NCBI RefSeq assembly: GCF_009914755.1
Contig: NC_060932.1
Source: the human T2T-CHM13v2.0 reference genome, Homo sapiens
Direction: 5' to 3' (one strand)
Length of the DNA stretch: 64,000 nt
The notes under the pieces were generated by a model that worked only from the letters and a program-made list of their open reading frames with translations, searched no databases and was not told the DNA's origin. The translations under genes were made by a program, and so were the position numbers. Of the stretch, positions 15,345 to 29,150 are shown piece after piece (within the stretch, counting starts at the first letter, position 1; each line of letters opens with the position of its first letter).

Positions 15345-16323
15345 TCAACACCTTGTTGGGGAGACCTACATGAACATATTAAATTACAATTGAACCCGTA
15401 CTTAATGTAATATTTATTAACCCTAAAGGAATAAAATGAAGATAGATTCCCTATGTGTTAGTGACTATTTCATTGGAAGGGTTTGATTGTCATGTGAATT
15501 TTGGGAATGTAACAGGATTCTCATATATTTTAATATGCTGTTGTACATGGTCAGTCTCCAAGAGCATTAGCAGGCAATCTTTCCCACACGTGTTGGACCA
15601 ATGGAACCTTTCTTCATGGAGCATTTTTATGAAAACTACACTGAGAAATGTTGGTGGTGGAGATAAAACATGAACAGAAAATGGCAAAAATCCACTGTGG
15701 AGTAAGATAAGCATGTTAAAAGAAGTACTTTCTGTCACTCTCAACACTCCAGTTACAGCTCATAAATCACAGAAGAACGTGCGAAGAATAGCGACCACTG
15801 CGGTTTGCACCATCTTGGCGGATTTTCATGACCTTGCTATGCCAGCCATTGTTATCAAAGGATATAATCTGATAGCTCACAGGCGTTGGGTCTTCCAAAG
15901 CCATAAACATCCCAACACCCTCTCATCACCATAGCAACCCTATCCCAATTACCAATGGTAACAGCCTGTCTCGTGAAAGTATACGTTTTTGCTGAACTAT
16001 TGCTCAAGCTCCCAGAAAGAAAACAGCCAGAGCACCACCTGGTGGCCATAACTCTCTCCTGCAAGCTCCCAGACCACTTTGAGGGGCAATGCCAGGCACT
16101 CAGAATACCAAGGCTTCCTTGCTGCACAGATCCTCCCCATTCTCAGAAACAGCATGACTACACAGAATTTGCACAGAAATAAATGTCCATGCTTATCTCA
16201 ATGGAAAACAATTCCCAAGCCTAGTGGAAAATTCTCAGTACGTAATAGAAAGCCAAGACGGAAAAGTAGGAAGGAGAAAGTAGAAATAGAAGCATAAATT
16301 TGGTCTTCAAGAAATGGATTTGA

Positions 16324-16494
16324 GGGAGAGGGGAGGAAGAGCATCAGGATAAAGCTAATGCATGTGGGGCTTCATACCTAGGTGATGGGTTAAGAGGTGC
16401 AAGTCACCATGGCACACATTTATATCTATATAACAAATCTGCACGTCCTGTACATGTATCCCAGAACTTAAAATAAAACTAAATTTTTTAAAAA
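16324..16494 (+). mobile_element. Short 5'-truncated L1PA (old) 3' end with TSD AAGAAATG(G/C)ATTTGA
   Basis: gctaatgcatgtggggctt...atgtatcccagaacttaaaataaaa. Confidence 0.85.
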
Positions 16495-17868
16495 AGAAAT
16501 GCATTTGATCTGGAAAATAAATATCTCTCATGGACTGTTTAATGAGATCCACTTTATCTACTTTAGTACACAATGAATAGTGAGGAAATAAGTAGATAAA
16601 CATACCCTTTAAAATGAATGTTTTGCCCCATGCCACAAGTGATAAAAGTTGATCAATATAAACATTAAAATAGTTTAAGATGGCCAATTATGAAACAGCA
16701 GTCTAGCAATACCCTTGAAGTCAAAGCACCCTGAGCCCTCCTGGTTATGTGACCCCATAAAGTCCCTTTAATATTTAAATTCATTTGATTTGATAGATGA
16801 GTTTCTAGCATCTATACCAGAAGAGTACTTATTAATACATCATACATTTTGTTCATGTCTTGTTCATTTTTAAAGTTTTCATTTGTCTTTTTCCTCTGGA
16901 TTCTAAGAGAATTTTCCACCTTGGCTTGAATACTTTATTCATGGTGAGTTTATTTATTTATTTATTTATTTATTTACTCACTTACTTATAAATTAAAATA
17001 TTTATATATATAACCAATTCTAATGCATGTCTCAATTCTGGTACGCATTTTATTTTCCTGAAATACTTCCCAATATCATAGGGATCTCATTTTATGTTTT
17101 TCTTTCTCTTCTCAGTCCATTTCACATAAATCTATTTTCTCATCTTTCATCATTACTTTGGTCCATATCTTCTGGAATTTTATAGAGACAAAGCAAATGC
17201 TATTTAAAATATTTCTATGGTAATAAATATGTCTCAAAGCAATACCAACCATTCCTATGCAACTTAGTGCTATGAAAGCCTTGTTTTGTGCTTTTGTCTC
17301 TTTTCAGTCTGATTGCATTTTCCCTGTTGACACGTCCTTGAACAAGGACAATTCTACATGACCCTGGCATTGGTAAGTCTCTTTCTGCCCATTTTATGTC
17401 TCTCTATTTTCTGTGGAGTCCTTATTACAGAGCATAAGCTAAAGGGCTGGCTGGTAATCATCTACATTACCATTCAGTGACACAGCAGCTGGAGGTGACT
17501 GAAAAGAAAAATCCTTGAGGAGCCCCAGGAGGCAAAATCTACCCCTGTGCAGTCTCTTTTGCATATTTTACATAAGTTTTCCCTATCAAATCTCGTCTTT
17601 GGTTTGACTTCGCTACAAGGTTCCCAGATGGCTGTGCCTGGCTTTTTTCCTGGCTTTGTTTCTGGAGCCACTGTTCTCCTAGGGCAGTGGAGGGGGAGCT
17701 GCTCTGGCTTTCTGCCTGAAAGAGCCCTGCAGGACCCCAGCCTCCAGTTCCTCCCATTGCCTTCAGATTAGATTGCTCCTCACTGGCAGGAGGAATTTCA
17801 AGAAGCATGTGTTTCCTTGTGTTCCTGAACCTGCCACCACCTTTCTCCCCTGACTCTTCAAGTTAGGG

Positions 17869-18475
17869 TGTGTGGTGCGCAGAACCGCAAAGATGGCCCC
17901 CCAAGATGCCCATTCTATGGAAATGGGGTTCTTCAACCAAACACCAGTCTGGCTGCTGCTGTGAAGAGATTTTGCAGGTGTCATTGAACTCCCAAATCAA
18001 TTGACCCAAAGCTATTAGAGATAAGCCATGTCCTTAGAGCAGCGCCACAGAGATTATCCAGGTGGAGCTAATTTAAGGACAGGAGCCCTTTAAAGCAGAA
18101 AAGAGAGGCAGAGGACTTGAAGCATAAGGATTAGATGGGTCCTTGCTGGCTTGAAAATGCAGATTGCACATGAGCAGGAATGTTAGTGACCTCCAGCTGC
18201 ACAGAGCAGGTCCCAGCTACAGCCTGCAAGGAACCGAGGACCTCAGACCTATGACCAGGAGGAACTGGAATCTGCCAACATGAATGAGCTTGGAACTAGA
18301 CCTTTCCCATAATTTCCAGATAGGAGTCTAGCCTAGCCAACCCCTTGGTTTCAATGTCATGAGACCCTGAGAGATCAACAGAGCCCAGGCTAGAATCCTT
18401 ACCCACAGAACCACAGCTGATAAATGGGTAGAGATTTAAGCTGCTGAGTTACAGCGGCAAGAGAAAATGAATACA
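17869..18475 (+). mobile_element. MaLR solo LTR (MLT1E-like)
   Basis: tgtg...aagatggccccc...gattatccaggtgg...gaggaactggaatctgccaaca...agaaaatgaataca. Confidence 0.75.
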
Positions 18476-18877
18476 GGATGTATTCATGGGCTACTTCTAG
18501 AATCCCCTCTGCTCTCTTGAGTTGAGATTGTGCAGCTTTTCTTGGGAAGGGAGCTTCAAGTCAACCCTCAGTGCCTGCCTTCAATCTGGTTCTATCAGCA
18601 TGAGATGTAGCAAAAATGCATTAAGATAGTATTTCCATGTTACAGAAGAGTAAAGCTCGGAGATATTAATTTGCACGATATCACACAGCTACACATTTTT
18701 AGAGCTAAGATTTAATGCAAGTTCAAAACCCATCTTTTTTCAACAGTGCTAAGTTGCCCATGTTAGAAATGTCAAGTACATGGCAGGTGTTTCACCACTT
18801 TCTTCTCCTCCTGTACTCACATCAGACGGCTCCCATCAATCACAGGGCTCTTTTGCAATGAGTCCAGTTGGGGTCTC

Positions 18878-19296
18878 AGAATCCTTCCCAAAACAGGGTC
18901 CCAAAGCCTACAGTTAGCTCCAGTGATTGAAGCTGGCATAAGAAGTGAAAATATTTTCCCATCTCCAGACTAATCCACGTCAGATAAAAATCCACCACCT
19001 ATTTTTCTCTACCCATCTCCTCCTTTCCTTCCCCAATTCGCTAAACACCTCTTTGGTCTTCTTTTTTAAACACTCACCCAAACCTTTGACCTGGAATGCC
19101 ACAAATCTAAAAGATCTTCTATCCAGCGACAACAGCCCTTTGGAGACATATCAAAGTCCTTTGCCGGTTTAAGCTCTGCCTCTCCCATGTGTTGTATTCA
19201 GCACAGAACGACAAGGGTTGAGCAGCAGGGTTAGAACAGATGTGACACATCAGCCTACCACTGCAGTCTGGCCTTTTTGGAGGAAGCTTTTCCTAC
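18878..19296 (+). repeat. Local direct duplication, copy 1 (~420 bp)
   Basis: Aligns to 20703-21124 at roughly 90% identity by eye. Confidence 0.93.
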
Positions 19297-20135
19297 CCTC
19301 CCAGACTAGGTCAGGTCTCCCAGGTGCACATCCTCTTAGCGCCATGTCCTTCCCTACAGAGAACTTATCATTTTTATTCCAGCCTAATTTTCAGGTATTT
19401 TTTCTGTCTTCCCCTCCAGTCTCTTTGCTCCATGAACAAAGGCCACAACTGTATTTACCCAGCGTTGTCTCTCAGCACCTAGCACAATGTCTAGAACAGG
19501 CACTCAAAACATTGTTTGGTTTCCCTGTATACTGAGATACTCTTCCCACCCACCATGCAATTTTTCCCTAGTGAGCTCGTGGCATTCAGTAATACCATTT
19601 GCATAAGCACAGAAGGATCTAGGCTTTGCTGGATGTCTTTGGCTTTTCATTAATACATCATCAGTCAGACACCTGAATTATTAGAGGTTACATAGCACCA
19701 ATTATGGGAGGGGGAACAGTGGAAGAACAAGTTGCAGAGGCTGCACCTGAGTGGCTCTGTTGAAGAGAGGAGGATGTCAGAGCCTACAGTTACCAGACAC
19801 CGTGCTCCTTCAATCCTGTTGATTTACCATCTCTAATGTATTTCTTCATGGTTTAAGTTGCCTGCTTTGCTGTTTGAAGATGCAGCCTGGGCAATCTGAA
19901 ATAACTTTTGAATTAAGAGATTTGAACTGAAATGTTGCCCTTACCACTGTGTGATCTGTATGATCTTGGAAGAGTCATGTTCTCTCTCTAAGCATGAATT
20001 TCCTCGTCTGGCAAATGAAGGATATGGACTAATGGTCTCTAAGGGATTGTCCAGCCCAAAAGTCTGTGATTAAATGAAGGAAACATTAAGTCAATAGATT
20101 TGTCAAGAACATGTCAGGATATTATGCCACTATAG

Positions 20136-20428
<293 letters not shown>

Positions 20429-20702
20429 TACTATAGTTTTGACTGGAGAATGATGAACATTCTGGGCTCCCCATTTAATCAGCAATATCTGGAATAATAA
20501 CTGCTTCAGAATTGCCAATTAGCAGGGATAGGTTCAGTCACAGTCTAGTCCTGAATATGAAACCTGGAAGCTTTCTTGTGGGGGAGGCATTATATTGGCT
20601 TCCTACCCAATAGCTGTTCCATGCATCTTCGTTACTGACAGCCTGACCTCCTACTTTATTCTCAACATAGAGACTAGAAGTGTCAATGTTCTCTCTACCA
20701 GG

Positions 20703-21124
20703 AGAATTCTTCCCAAAACAGGGTCCCAGAGCCTACAGATAGCTCCAGAGATTGAAGTTGGCATAAGAAATGAAAATATTTTGCCATCTCCAGCCTAACC
20801 CATGTCAGATAAAAATCCACCACCTATTTTTCTCAACCCATCTCCTCCTTCTTTTCCCCAATCCGCTAAACACCTCTTTGGTCTTCTCTTTTAGCCACCT
20901 ACTCAAACCTTTGATCTGGAATGCCACAAATCTAAGAGATCTTCTATCCGGTGACAACAGCTCTTTGCAGACATTGCAAAGTCCTTTTCTGGTTTAAGCT
21001 CTGCCTCTGCCATGTGTTGTAATCAGCACAGAATGACAAGGGGTGAGCAGCAGTGTTAGAACAGATGTGACACACCTGCAGCCTACCACTGCAGCCTGGC
21101 CTTTTTGGAGGAAGTCTTCCCTAC
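20703..21124 (+). repeat. Local direct duplication, copy 2
   Basis: Aligns to 18878-19296. Confidence 0.93.
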
Positions 21125-21923
21125 TTTCTACCAGCCTGGCAACCTGAACATAGAACATGACCACATGAGTCCAGAAGACCTGAAGAGAAGTGTACAGATT
21201 TGGGTTTTCTTCCCAAAGAAGAAGAGGTGGGCAGGAGAAACTTCTTCCTGCTTGTGGATGCAGTTGTGCGAGAATATAATTCCCAAAGCAACAACAGCAG
21301 CCACTTTGTGACCACGAGGTAACCAACCCAAATGGAAGCCAATGTGGTAAGGAAGGCAGAACAAAATTTGTTTAATACAGATTTTTAATGATCTTATTAA
21401 GCTCTTCGAACCAAGTTTGGAACTACCTTCCTCAGAATGAAAAAAACAAAAACAACTGGGAATTCTGTATCCGAGATGCTTGTAGCCCGCCTTTCTAGCA
21501 TAGGGTACATTCACTCCAGCTGGTTTACCTCTTGCTATCAAAATACATAGGGCCTTTGTTGGTTGTTTGGATTTCCTCTCAGTGTTGTGCAGACCAACAA
21601 AATTTGGGGGTATATTAAAGTAAATATGCTTTAAAATTAGTGGTTGCACTGTGTTCTTATTTAACACATCCATTCAGGAAGGAATATGATTATGAGCATG
21701 GATTTTGATCAGATCGCCTAAATTTAAAACTCACATCCACCTCTTACTAATTTTGGGATCTAAGGAAAGTTACTAAACACTCTACCTCGGTTCCCTTATG
21801 TGTAAAGTGAGGCTATTACTGGTATTTACCAGAAGAGCTGTTATGAGGCTTTCGTGAGTTAACACATAATGTGCTTAGGACAATGCCTAGGTTAGAGTAG
21901 CTGCTCCTTAAAGCTAGCAATTA

Positions 21924-22598
<675 letters not shown>

Positions 22599-23432
22599 TT
22601 CTTCATACCCTTGACTGTATAATTTTGGGTGAATTACTTAAAATTCCCTGAGTCCTGGTTTGCTCATCTATAAAATGAGAACTATCATACTGCAACTGCA
22701 CTCATATTTCTTGTGAGAGTTCATGCTGATACCCAGTACCGTGCCTTAATACGGAAACTCAGTGTAAAAATGCTACTTCATCCTCACTGAAGTCAGAATG
22801 TTTTTGTTGGCATATCAACAGAGCGTAAAATATTTTGGAGAATTGCTGTAAGCAAGAGTCCTGGTGCTGCTAAATGAATTATGGAATGATTTGTTTCCAT
22901 TGTGTTACATTTTAAGGCAACGGGATCTGTGATTCAAAGAAATTCTTGGGCAAAGCAAATATCCTCTAATTTATCTTTTCTGCAAACGGGGATTTTCATA
23001 TATCAGATTTGCCTGAAGAAAAAATTGCTTATACTGGATACGTGCTTGTAACCAGAGAACATTGAGAAACATTTCTCTCAAACATCCAGTTGCAGCATTC
23101 ATAGAATTCAGGGTTTGGGGCTCCCTCCCAAGTACACTGCATGTATGCTTCTTGTTTCTACATGGGAATCTGAGTTTTAATTTTGTATTTTCCCCTCAGT
23201 GAGCAGGTAAATAAGTATGGCAGTGACCCCAGAGCTTGGCAGTTTTGTACAGCTAAAAGAAGAACAACGTTAGAATCTGATGAGCACTTAATGAATGGCC
23301 ATCCTGTATACTTCCGCACACCCCTGAGCAAGTTACCTCTAGTTTTCTCACTAGTAATAAAGTGGAAATATGTCTACCTCCTTTTATTTTTAGGAGGATC
23401 AATACAAATTGTATATTTGAAATACCCGTTCT

Positions 23433-23673
23433 GCACATGGACACAGGGAGGGGAACATCACACACTGGGACCTGTCGGGGTTGGGAAGCAAGGGGAGGGA
23501 GCGCATTAGGACAAATAGCTAATGTATGCGGGGCTTAAAACCTAGATGATGGGTTGATGAGTGCAGCAAACCACCATGGCACATATATACCTATGTAACA
23601 AACCTGCACATTCTGCACATGTATCCCAGAACTGAAAGTAAAATAAAATAAATAAATAAATAAATAAATAAAA
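23433..23673 (+). mobile_element. L1PA 3' end with (AAAT)n tail
   Basis: cacatggacacagggaggggaacatcacacact...atgtatcccagaact. Confidence 0.9.
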
Positions 23674-24521
23674 TACAAACATTATATATGTGTTTTACAT
23701 TATGTATTATATAAAATTAGTAGACAAAATTAACTCTTTTCTTTGCTATTATGTTTAAACTGGGGAAAATGACATTTTGAATTGTGTTCTATGCAATTTT
23801 TAAATTTGAAAAATCATTGTTTTAGGTAAAAAGATTGACATTAATTTAAAATCCTAGTTCAGTATCTATTTTGTATTTCATAAGGTTAACTTTTGAAAAT
23901 ATTTACTTTTCACACCAAGAATTCTGGACCATCTTCTTGTTTTATTTGGTATTTGGTATTAAATAAGGCATTATCTTTAAATAACCAATCATCTGAAAGT
24001 ATTTAGTTTTGAAAAATAAAAATATCTTAAAACCGATAGTTTATTGATTATTAGCCTTGTGATGATTATATGGATATTTAAAGTTAATTGAATGTGTATT
24101 TTGAACCCAACATTCCTAGAATGGGGGGAATAAAAATAATTTATATAAAGCAAAAAATAAAGTAATACCTGTTCTGTTATAAATCATAGCTATTATTACT
24201 TACAATATTATATTTAGCACCTACTTTGGAGACATGGTGAGGGCATGGGATAAAAATATGAAAGAGTGATGTGTCCTTTAAAATATCTCTTAGCTCTTTC
24301 TCCCCACAATAGGTTCTGTGTTCATCCTGAAAAAAGCTTAAAGACAGCTGAAGAAGGAAGTTAACTTTTCCACTCTTCTCTCAGCCAGGGACCAGTGAGA
24401 TGGCCTGAGGCAAGTCATTTGAAATCTAGATTCACATATTCATAAAATTTTGGCAATAACATCCATTATTCTTATCACAAAGAAGTAACTTTAGTGTCAG
24501 ATTGATGCAGTGAGGAAAACA

Positions 24522-24569
24522 GGAAGGAAGGAAGGAAGGAAGGAAGGAAGGAAGGAAGGAAGGAAGGAA
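24522..24569 (+). repeat. (GGAA)12 microsatellite
   Basis: 48 nt uninterrupted. Confidence 0.96.
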
Positions 24570-24621
24570 GGGAGGGAGGCAGGGAGAGAGGGAAAGGAAG
24601 GAAAAAGGAAAAAAGTAATTC

Positions 24622-24726
24622 TAGAAAATACTTTTAAACAAAAATATTAGAAAATACTTAGAAAATATCTTAGAAAAATAGTTAGAAAATACTTAGAAAA
24701 AATCTTAGAAAATACTTTTAAACAAA
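24622..24726 (+). repeat. Short tandem array of ~11-13-bp TTAGAAAATAC-like units
   Basis: Read directly. Bounded by two copies of TAGAAAATACTTTTAAACAAA. Confidence 0.85.
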
Positions 24727-24904
24727 TTATTTATCTGATGCCCACATACAATTCCATAAAGTATGGAAATTAAAATAGCCTGGCTCTCTTTGTTATGAAA
24801 CCCAAGCAGGATATTTTTATAGCCAAAGCCTATTGAACTCAAACAAACTGAAATGTTGATTATATTAAGCCACAATGCAACTGCCAAATAGCTAGTCAGG
24901 ACAG

Positions 24905-27900
24905 ACTCCCAGTTTCTGGTTCAGCATATAAAGAATTGAAAGTTGTTGGCTATGCTCATAACAAAAAAAAACACTGAACAAACTGAAAATCAGCAACTCT
25001 TCATAGATCCATCAGAGAATTGAGGTCATGGGGCAAATCACTGTCCCCAAAATTAAAGAAACAGACTGATACAGAGAATCACAACTTACCAGAGCAGAAA
25101 CCTCTGTAGGAACCAGTATTGGAGCAGTAAAATCTAAACTGTAGCTGAAAGATTGCTGGGGGCTCAGCAAGAACAAGTCTTAGGGTTTAAAACTCCAGGA
25201 GAGGCCAGTCTTAGTGGAGCCCCCATGTTTTGTGAATTTTTCCTCCAGGATCTCTACCAGCTTCTCATAGTGAAGGTCAGAGAAAAATCCCCTCTTGCTT
25301 CCAGCAGGGAAAGGTAAAATAGCAATTTTGAAGTATGCCCAGAGAATTCTGTTCTTCATAACAAGTCCTACTCTCAAAATAAACTATTTTACCAGATCCT
25401 AACTGACTGGGGTTTTACTAAGGCCTAACCAATCTGGGGAAAGTGAAATACCAAAGTTCAGACATCTCTATCCTTCCTATCTCACCTAAGGAGGAGAGGA
25501 CTGAGAAGCACTTGTATAGGTCACAGCCCAGGGTACAGGCTCACTAAATGACTGAATTATAATAATAAGACTTCAAGCACTCCCCTTTCCTCCACACCTC
25601 ACTAATATATCAATAGAGCTCCTGTTTAATAACAGGGGGATACAACTGGAAGAAATGCATATCTCAGACCTTATTTAAGAAGAAGACTCTAGGGAAACCT
25701 AAAGACAGCAGGGGAGAGAAAACAAGGATGCCAGAAGAAATTTAGCCTCTGAGACCTACAACTATAGCAAACAGTAAACACAGTGTAACTCCTAGACAGA
25801 TGAAGTCTCACATTAAAAGCCTGTTTACCACAGTTTCTTTTACCCAATAAATCATATCGAGCAAAGTATACTACAATCATGACAAAGTATGCTACAATAC
25901 CAAAAACACATTCTGAAGACAGAGCAATCATCATAACCAGATTCAAATGTGGCAAATATATTGGAATTGTTAGACCAAGAATTTAAAACAACTATGGCTA
26001 ATATACTAAGTGTTCTAATGGAGAAATTGGGAAAGATAAAAGAAAAGGTGGGCAATGTAATCAGAGAAATGGAAAAATCTAACAAATAATCACAAGGAAA
26101 TGCTAGAGATAAAAAAACACTGTAACATAAATTAATAATTCCTTTGATGGGCTCATAAATTGACTGAACACTGCAAAGGGAAAACATCAGTGAGTTTGAA
26201 GAAAGTTCAATAGAAACTTCTAAAACTGAATGCAAAGATTAAAAAATATATATTAAAAACACAGACTAGAATATCCAAGAACTGTGAGACAATTACAAAA
26301 AGTATAAATATAAGTGGAGAAATGATAGTCTTTTCACCAAAAGGTGCTGGAACAATGGAATATATATATGCAAAAAATGAGCATCAATGTATACTCAGAT
26401 GATATATTAAAAAAATTAATGCAAAATGGACCGTAGACTTAATTTAAACCTAAAGCTATAAAATGTCTAGAAGACAACACTGGAGAAAAATATCTGTGAC
26501 CTCCAATTAGGTGAAAATTTCTTAGCTGTGACACTAAAAGCACAATCTATGAGAGAAAAAAAAAACTGATCAAACGGACTTCACTGACATTAAAAACTTC
26601 GAAAGAAACCATTAAGAAAATAGAAAAGCCACAGACTGAGAGAAAATATGTGAAAAAATGTGCTAATTGACTTGTATCCAGAATATAGTGAGAATGCTAA
26701 CAATTCAACAATAAGAAAACAAGAAATCCAGTTTAAAAAAGGGCAAAAGATGTAAACAGAGACTTCTCCAAAGAAGACATACAATTGAGAAGTAAGCATG
26801 GGGAAAGATGCTCAACATTATTAATGATGAGGAGAATGCAAACTAAAAGCAACAATGAGATACCATTGCATACCTATTAGGGTGGCTGCAATTCAAAGGA
26901 CTAACCATACCAAGTGCCAGTGAGGATGTGGATGAACTGGGAATTCTCATACATTGCTAATAGTGATGTAAAATGTTATAACAACTTTGGAAAACAGTTG
27001 AACAGTTTCTTAAGAAGTCAAACATATGCCTAACCATATGGCCTAGCTATGCTATTCCTGGGTATAAAACCAAGAGATAAGGAAGCATATGTCCACACAA
27101 AGACTTGTCCATGAATGCTCATAGCAGCTTATTTTTATTTCCCAAAAACTGGAAACAACCCACATATTCATTAACCAGTAAACAGATAAACTTTGGTAAA
27201 TCCATTCAATTAAATATTACTTAGTAACAAATAGACAAACAAATGAAATAAAATAAAGCAATGAACTATTGACATATGGAACAACATATATGAAACAAAA
27301 TAATTATGCTTAATGAGAGAAGCCAGACCAAATAAAGAGTACATACTATATGATTCCTATTAAGTTTAGAAAATTCAAGCTAATCTGTAGTTACAGAAAG
27401 AAGATCAGTGCTTACCTGGGCATGAGGAGGAGGAAATTGGTGGGAAGAAAGGAGTATAAAGGGCCACAGGAAACTTTGGAAAGTTGTGGATATAAATTTA
27501 TACATGTACATATGTGTCAAAACTTATCAAATTATACACTTTAGATATGTGCAGTTTGTGGGCCAATTATACTCAAAAAATCTGTTATTTAAAGTATAAA
27601 ATCATCTAAACACTCCCAATTAAAAGACAGAGATAATCAGATTGGGTAAAAAATGTCAGACTCAGCTACATGCTACCTATAAGAAAGCCAGTCCAGCTTT
27701 ATTTAGATTTGCACTAACTTGATATGTCTTTTTCACCCTTTTACTTTAAACCTTTTTGTGTCTTTATATTTTAAAAAAGTTTTTAAAATATAGTGTTTCT
27801 TGTAGGCAGTATACATAGTGAAGAGACAATAACTGAAGTTTTTTTAAATATAATGGAAAACCTCAAACTGCAGATTCAGGAAGCTCAGAGAACCCAAAAC

Positions 27901-28100
27901 TGATAAATAATTCCTCTCTCCAAAAAGTCGTCACACACTTTGACACAACTGCCAAAAACCAAACATAAAGGAAAACTTTCAAAGGCAGCCAGAGAAGAAA
28001 GACACATTGCATACAAAGAAACAGAGTAAGACTAACAGCAGACTTCTCATTAGAAAATATGCAGATGAGAAGACAATGGAGAGAGATTTTTAGAGTACCA
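24905..28100 (+). mobile_element. Rearranged L1M (MC/MD-like) pieces: 5'UTR/ORF1 part, ORF2 end plus 3'UTR, further ORF1/ORF2 fragments
   Basis: aatatccaagaactgtgagacaattacaaaa (ORF1); gtgctggaacaatgga; aacagagacttctccaaagaagacatac (ORF2); tcaggaagctcagagaaccc (ORF1). Confidence 0.8.
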
Positions 28101-28734
28101 CAATACTTCCTTCTTTAGATCCAGATTGAGTAAAGAAAAAAGAGGCCAGAAATAAACTATGAGATTTAGCATAAGTAATCCCAGGTGTGAGGAAACATAG
28201 GAATATAAAGGAAGCTAATAATAATATCTAACACTAACATCTTAAGTGTTTACTATGTTTCTTGTACTATAATAAAGCATTCCAGGGGGCATCAGTAACT
28301 TCTCATGCCCCTCTGAAGTATTAGTATCTCCATTTTACAGAAAAGATGCAGGCATTAAAATTGTTCATCTTTTTGAGAACCAGAGAAGCTGCATGTGCAG
28401 GTATTTCAAAGATTAAATCCATGACATACCAGGTTGGAAGGCAAGGATACAGTGTCAAGAGTCACTGGGATCTGAAAGATCAGCATCAGGAGAAAGACGA
28501 TGGTTGGCAATGTGTGAGCAAATGGAATGGATGACTGCCAGGAATTAGGATAGGAGAGATCAAAAATAAGAAAATTCAGAAGAGAGCTGGGTTAGAAGGA
28601 GATCATTACAGAGAAGAGGTTCTACTCTTCTTGAGTGGTTCTACTGCACTTCCTTTTACCTTCTATGCAGCTGAAAAAAGAATCTTTCCCAGGGGCATTA
28701 TCTAAGCTGTCCCAGGACCTGTCATTCATCAATA

Positions 28735-29150
28735 ATCATTTATTCAGCACCCAATAAACACTGGATGCTAAGAATAAAAAGAAGAAACCACAAATATTGT
28801 TCTCAAATAATTTAATTAGAGGCAAATAAATTGAGAGATTAAAAACAACACAAAGTAGCAGAATTGTAAATTCCAAGGGAAGGGCAGACTTTAAAACTAC
28901 AAAGGCTTCACAGTGGAGATGAGATTTGAGCTGTTCTATGAAAGAAAAGCAGGGAATAGGCAGGAAAGAGGAGCACACTCCAAGCATGAGGACAGACAAA
29001 AAATTGGGAATACGTATTTCACAAGAGACAGATTGTAAGTAGATTACACTGTAGGAAAAAGAGCTTTGCAAAAGGGAATATTGAAAGTTAGGATTGGTGA
29101 GATAAATGCAGGAATGTGTGAACTCTTGAATCCAGACTGTAGGGCAATGC
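28735..29150 (-). mobile_element. L2 fragment
   Basis: cattcatcaataatcatttattcagcacc tail and body. Confidence 0.55.

Noticed and set aside
21128-21673. Longest ORF in the window (181 aa)
   Set aside because: No recognisable domain, random-looking composition, no supporting exon structure.
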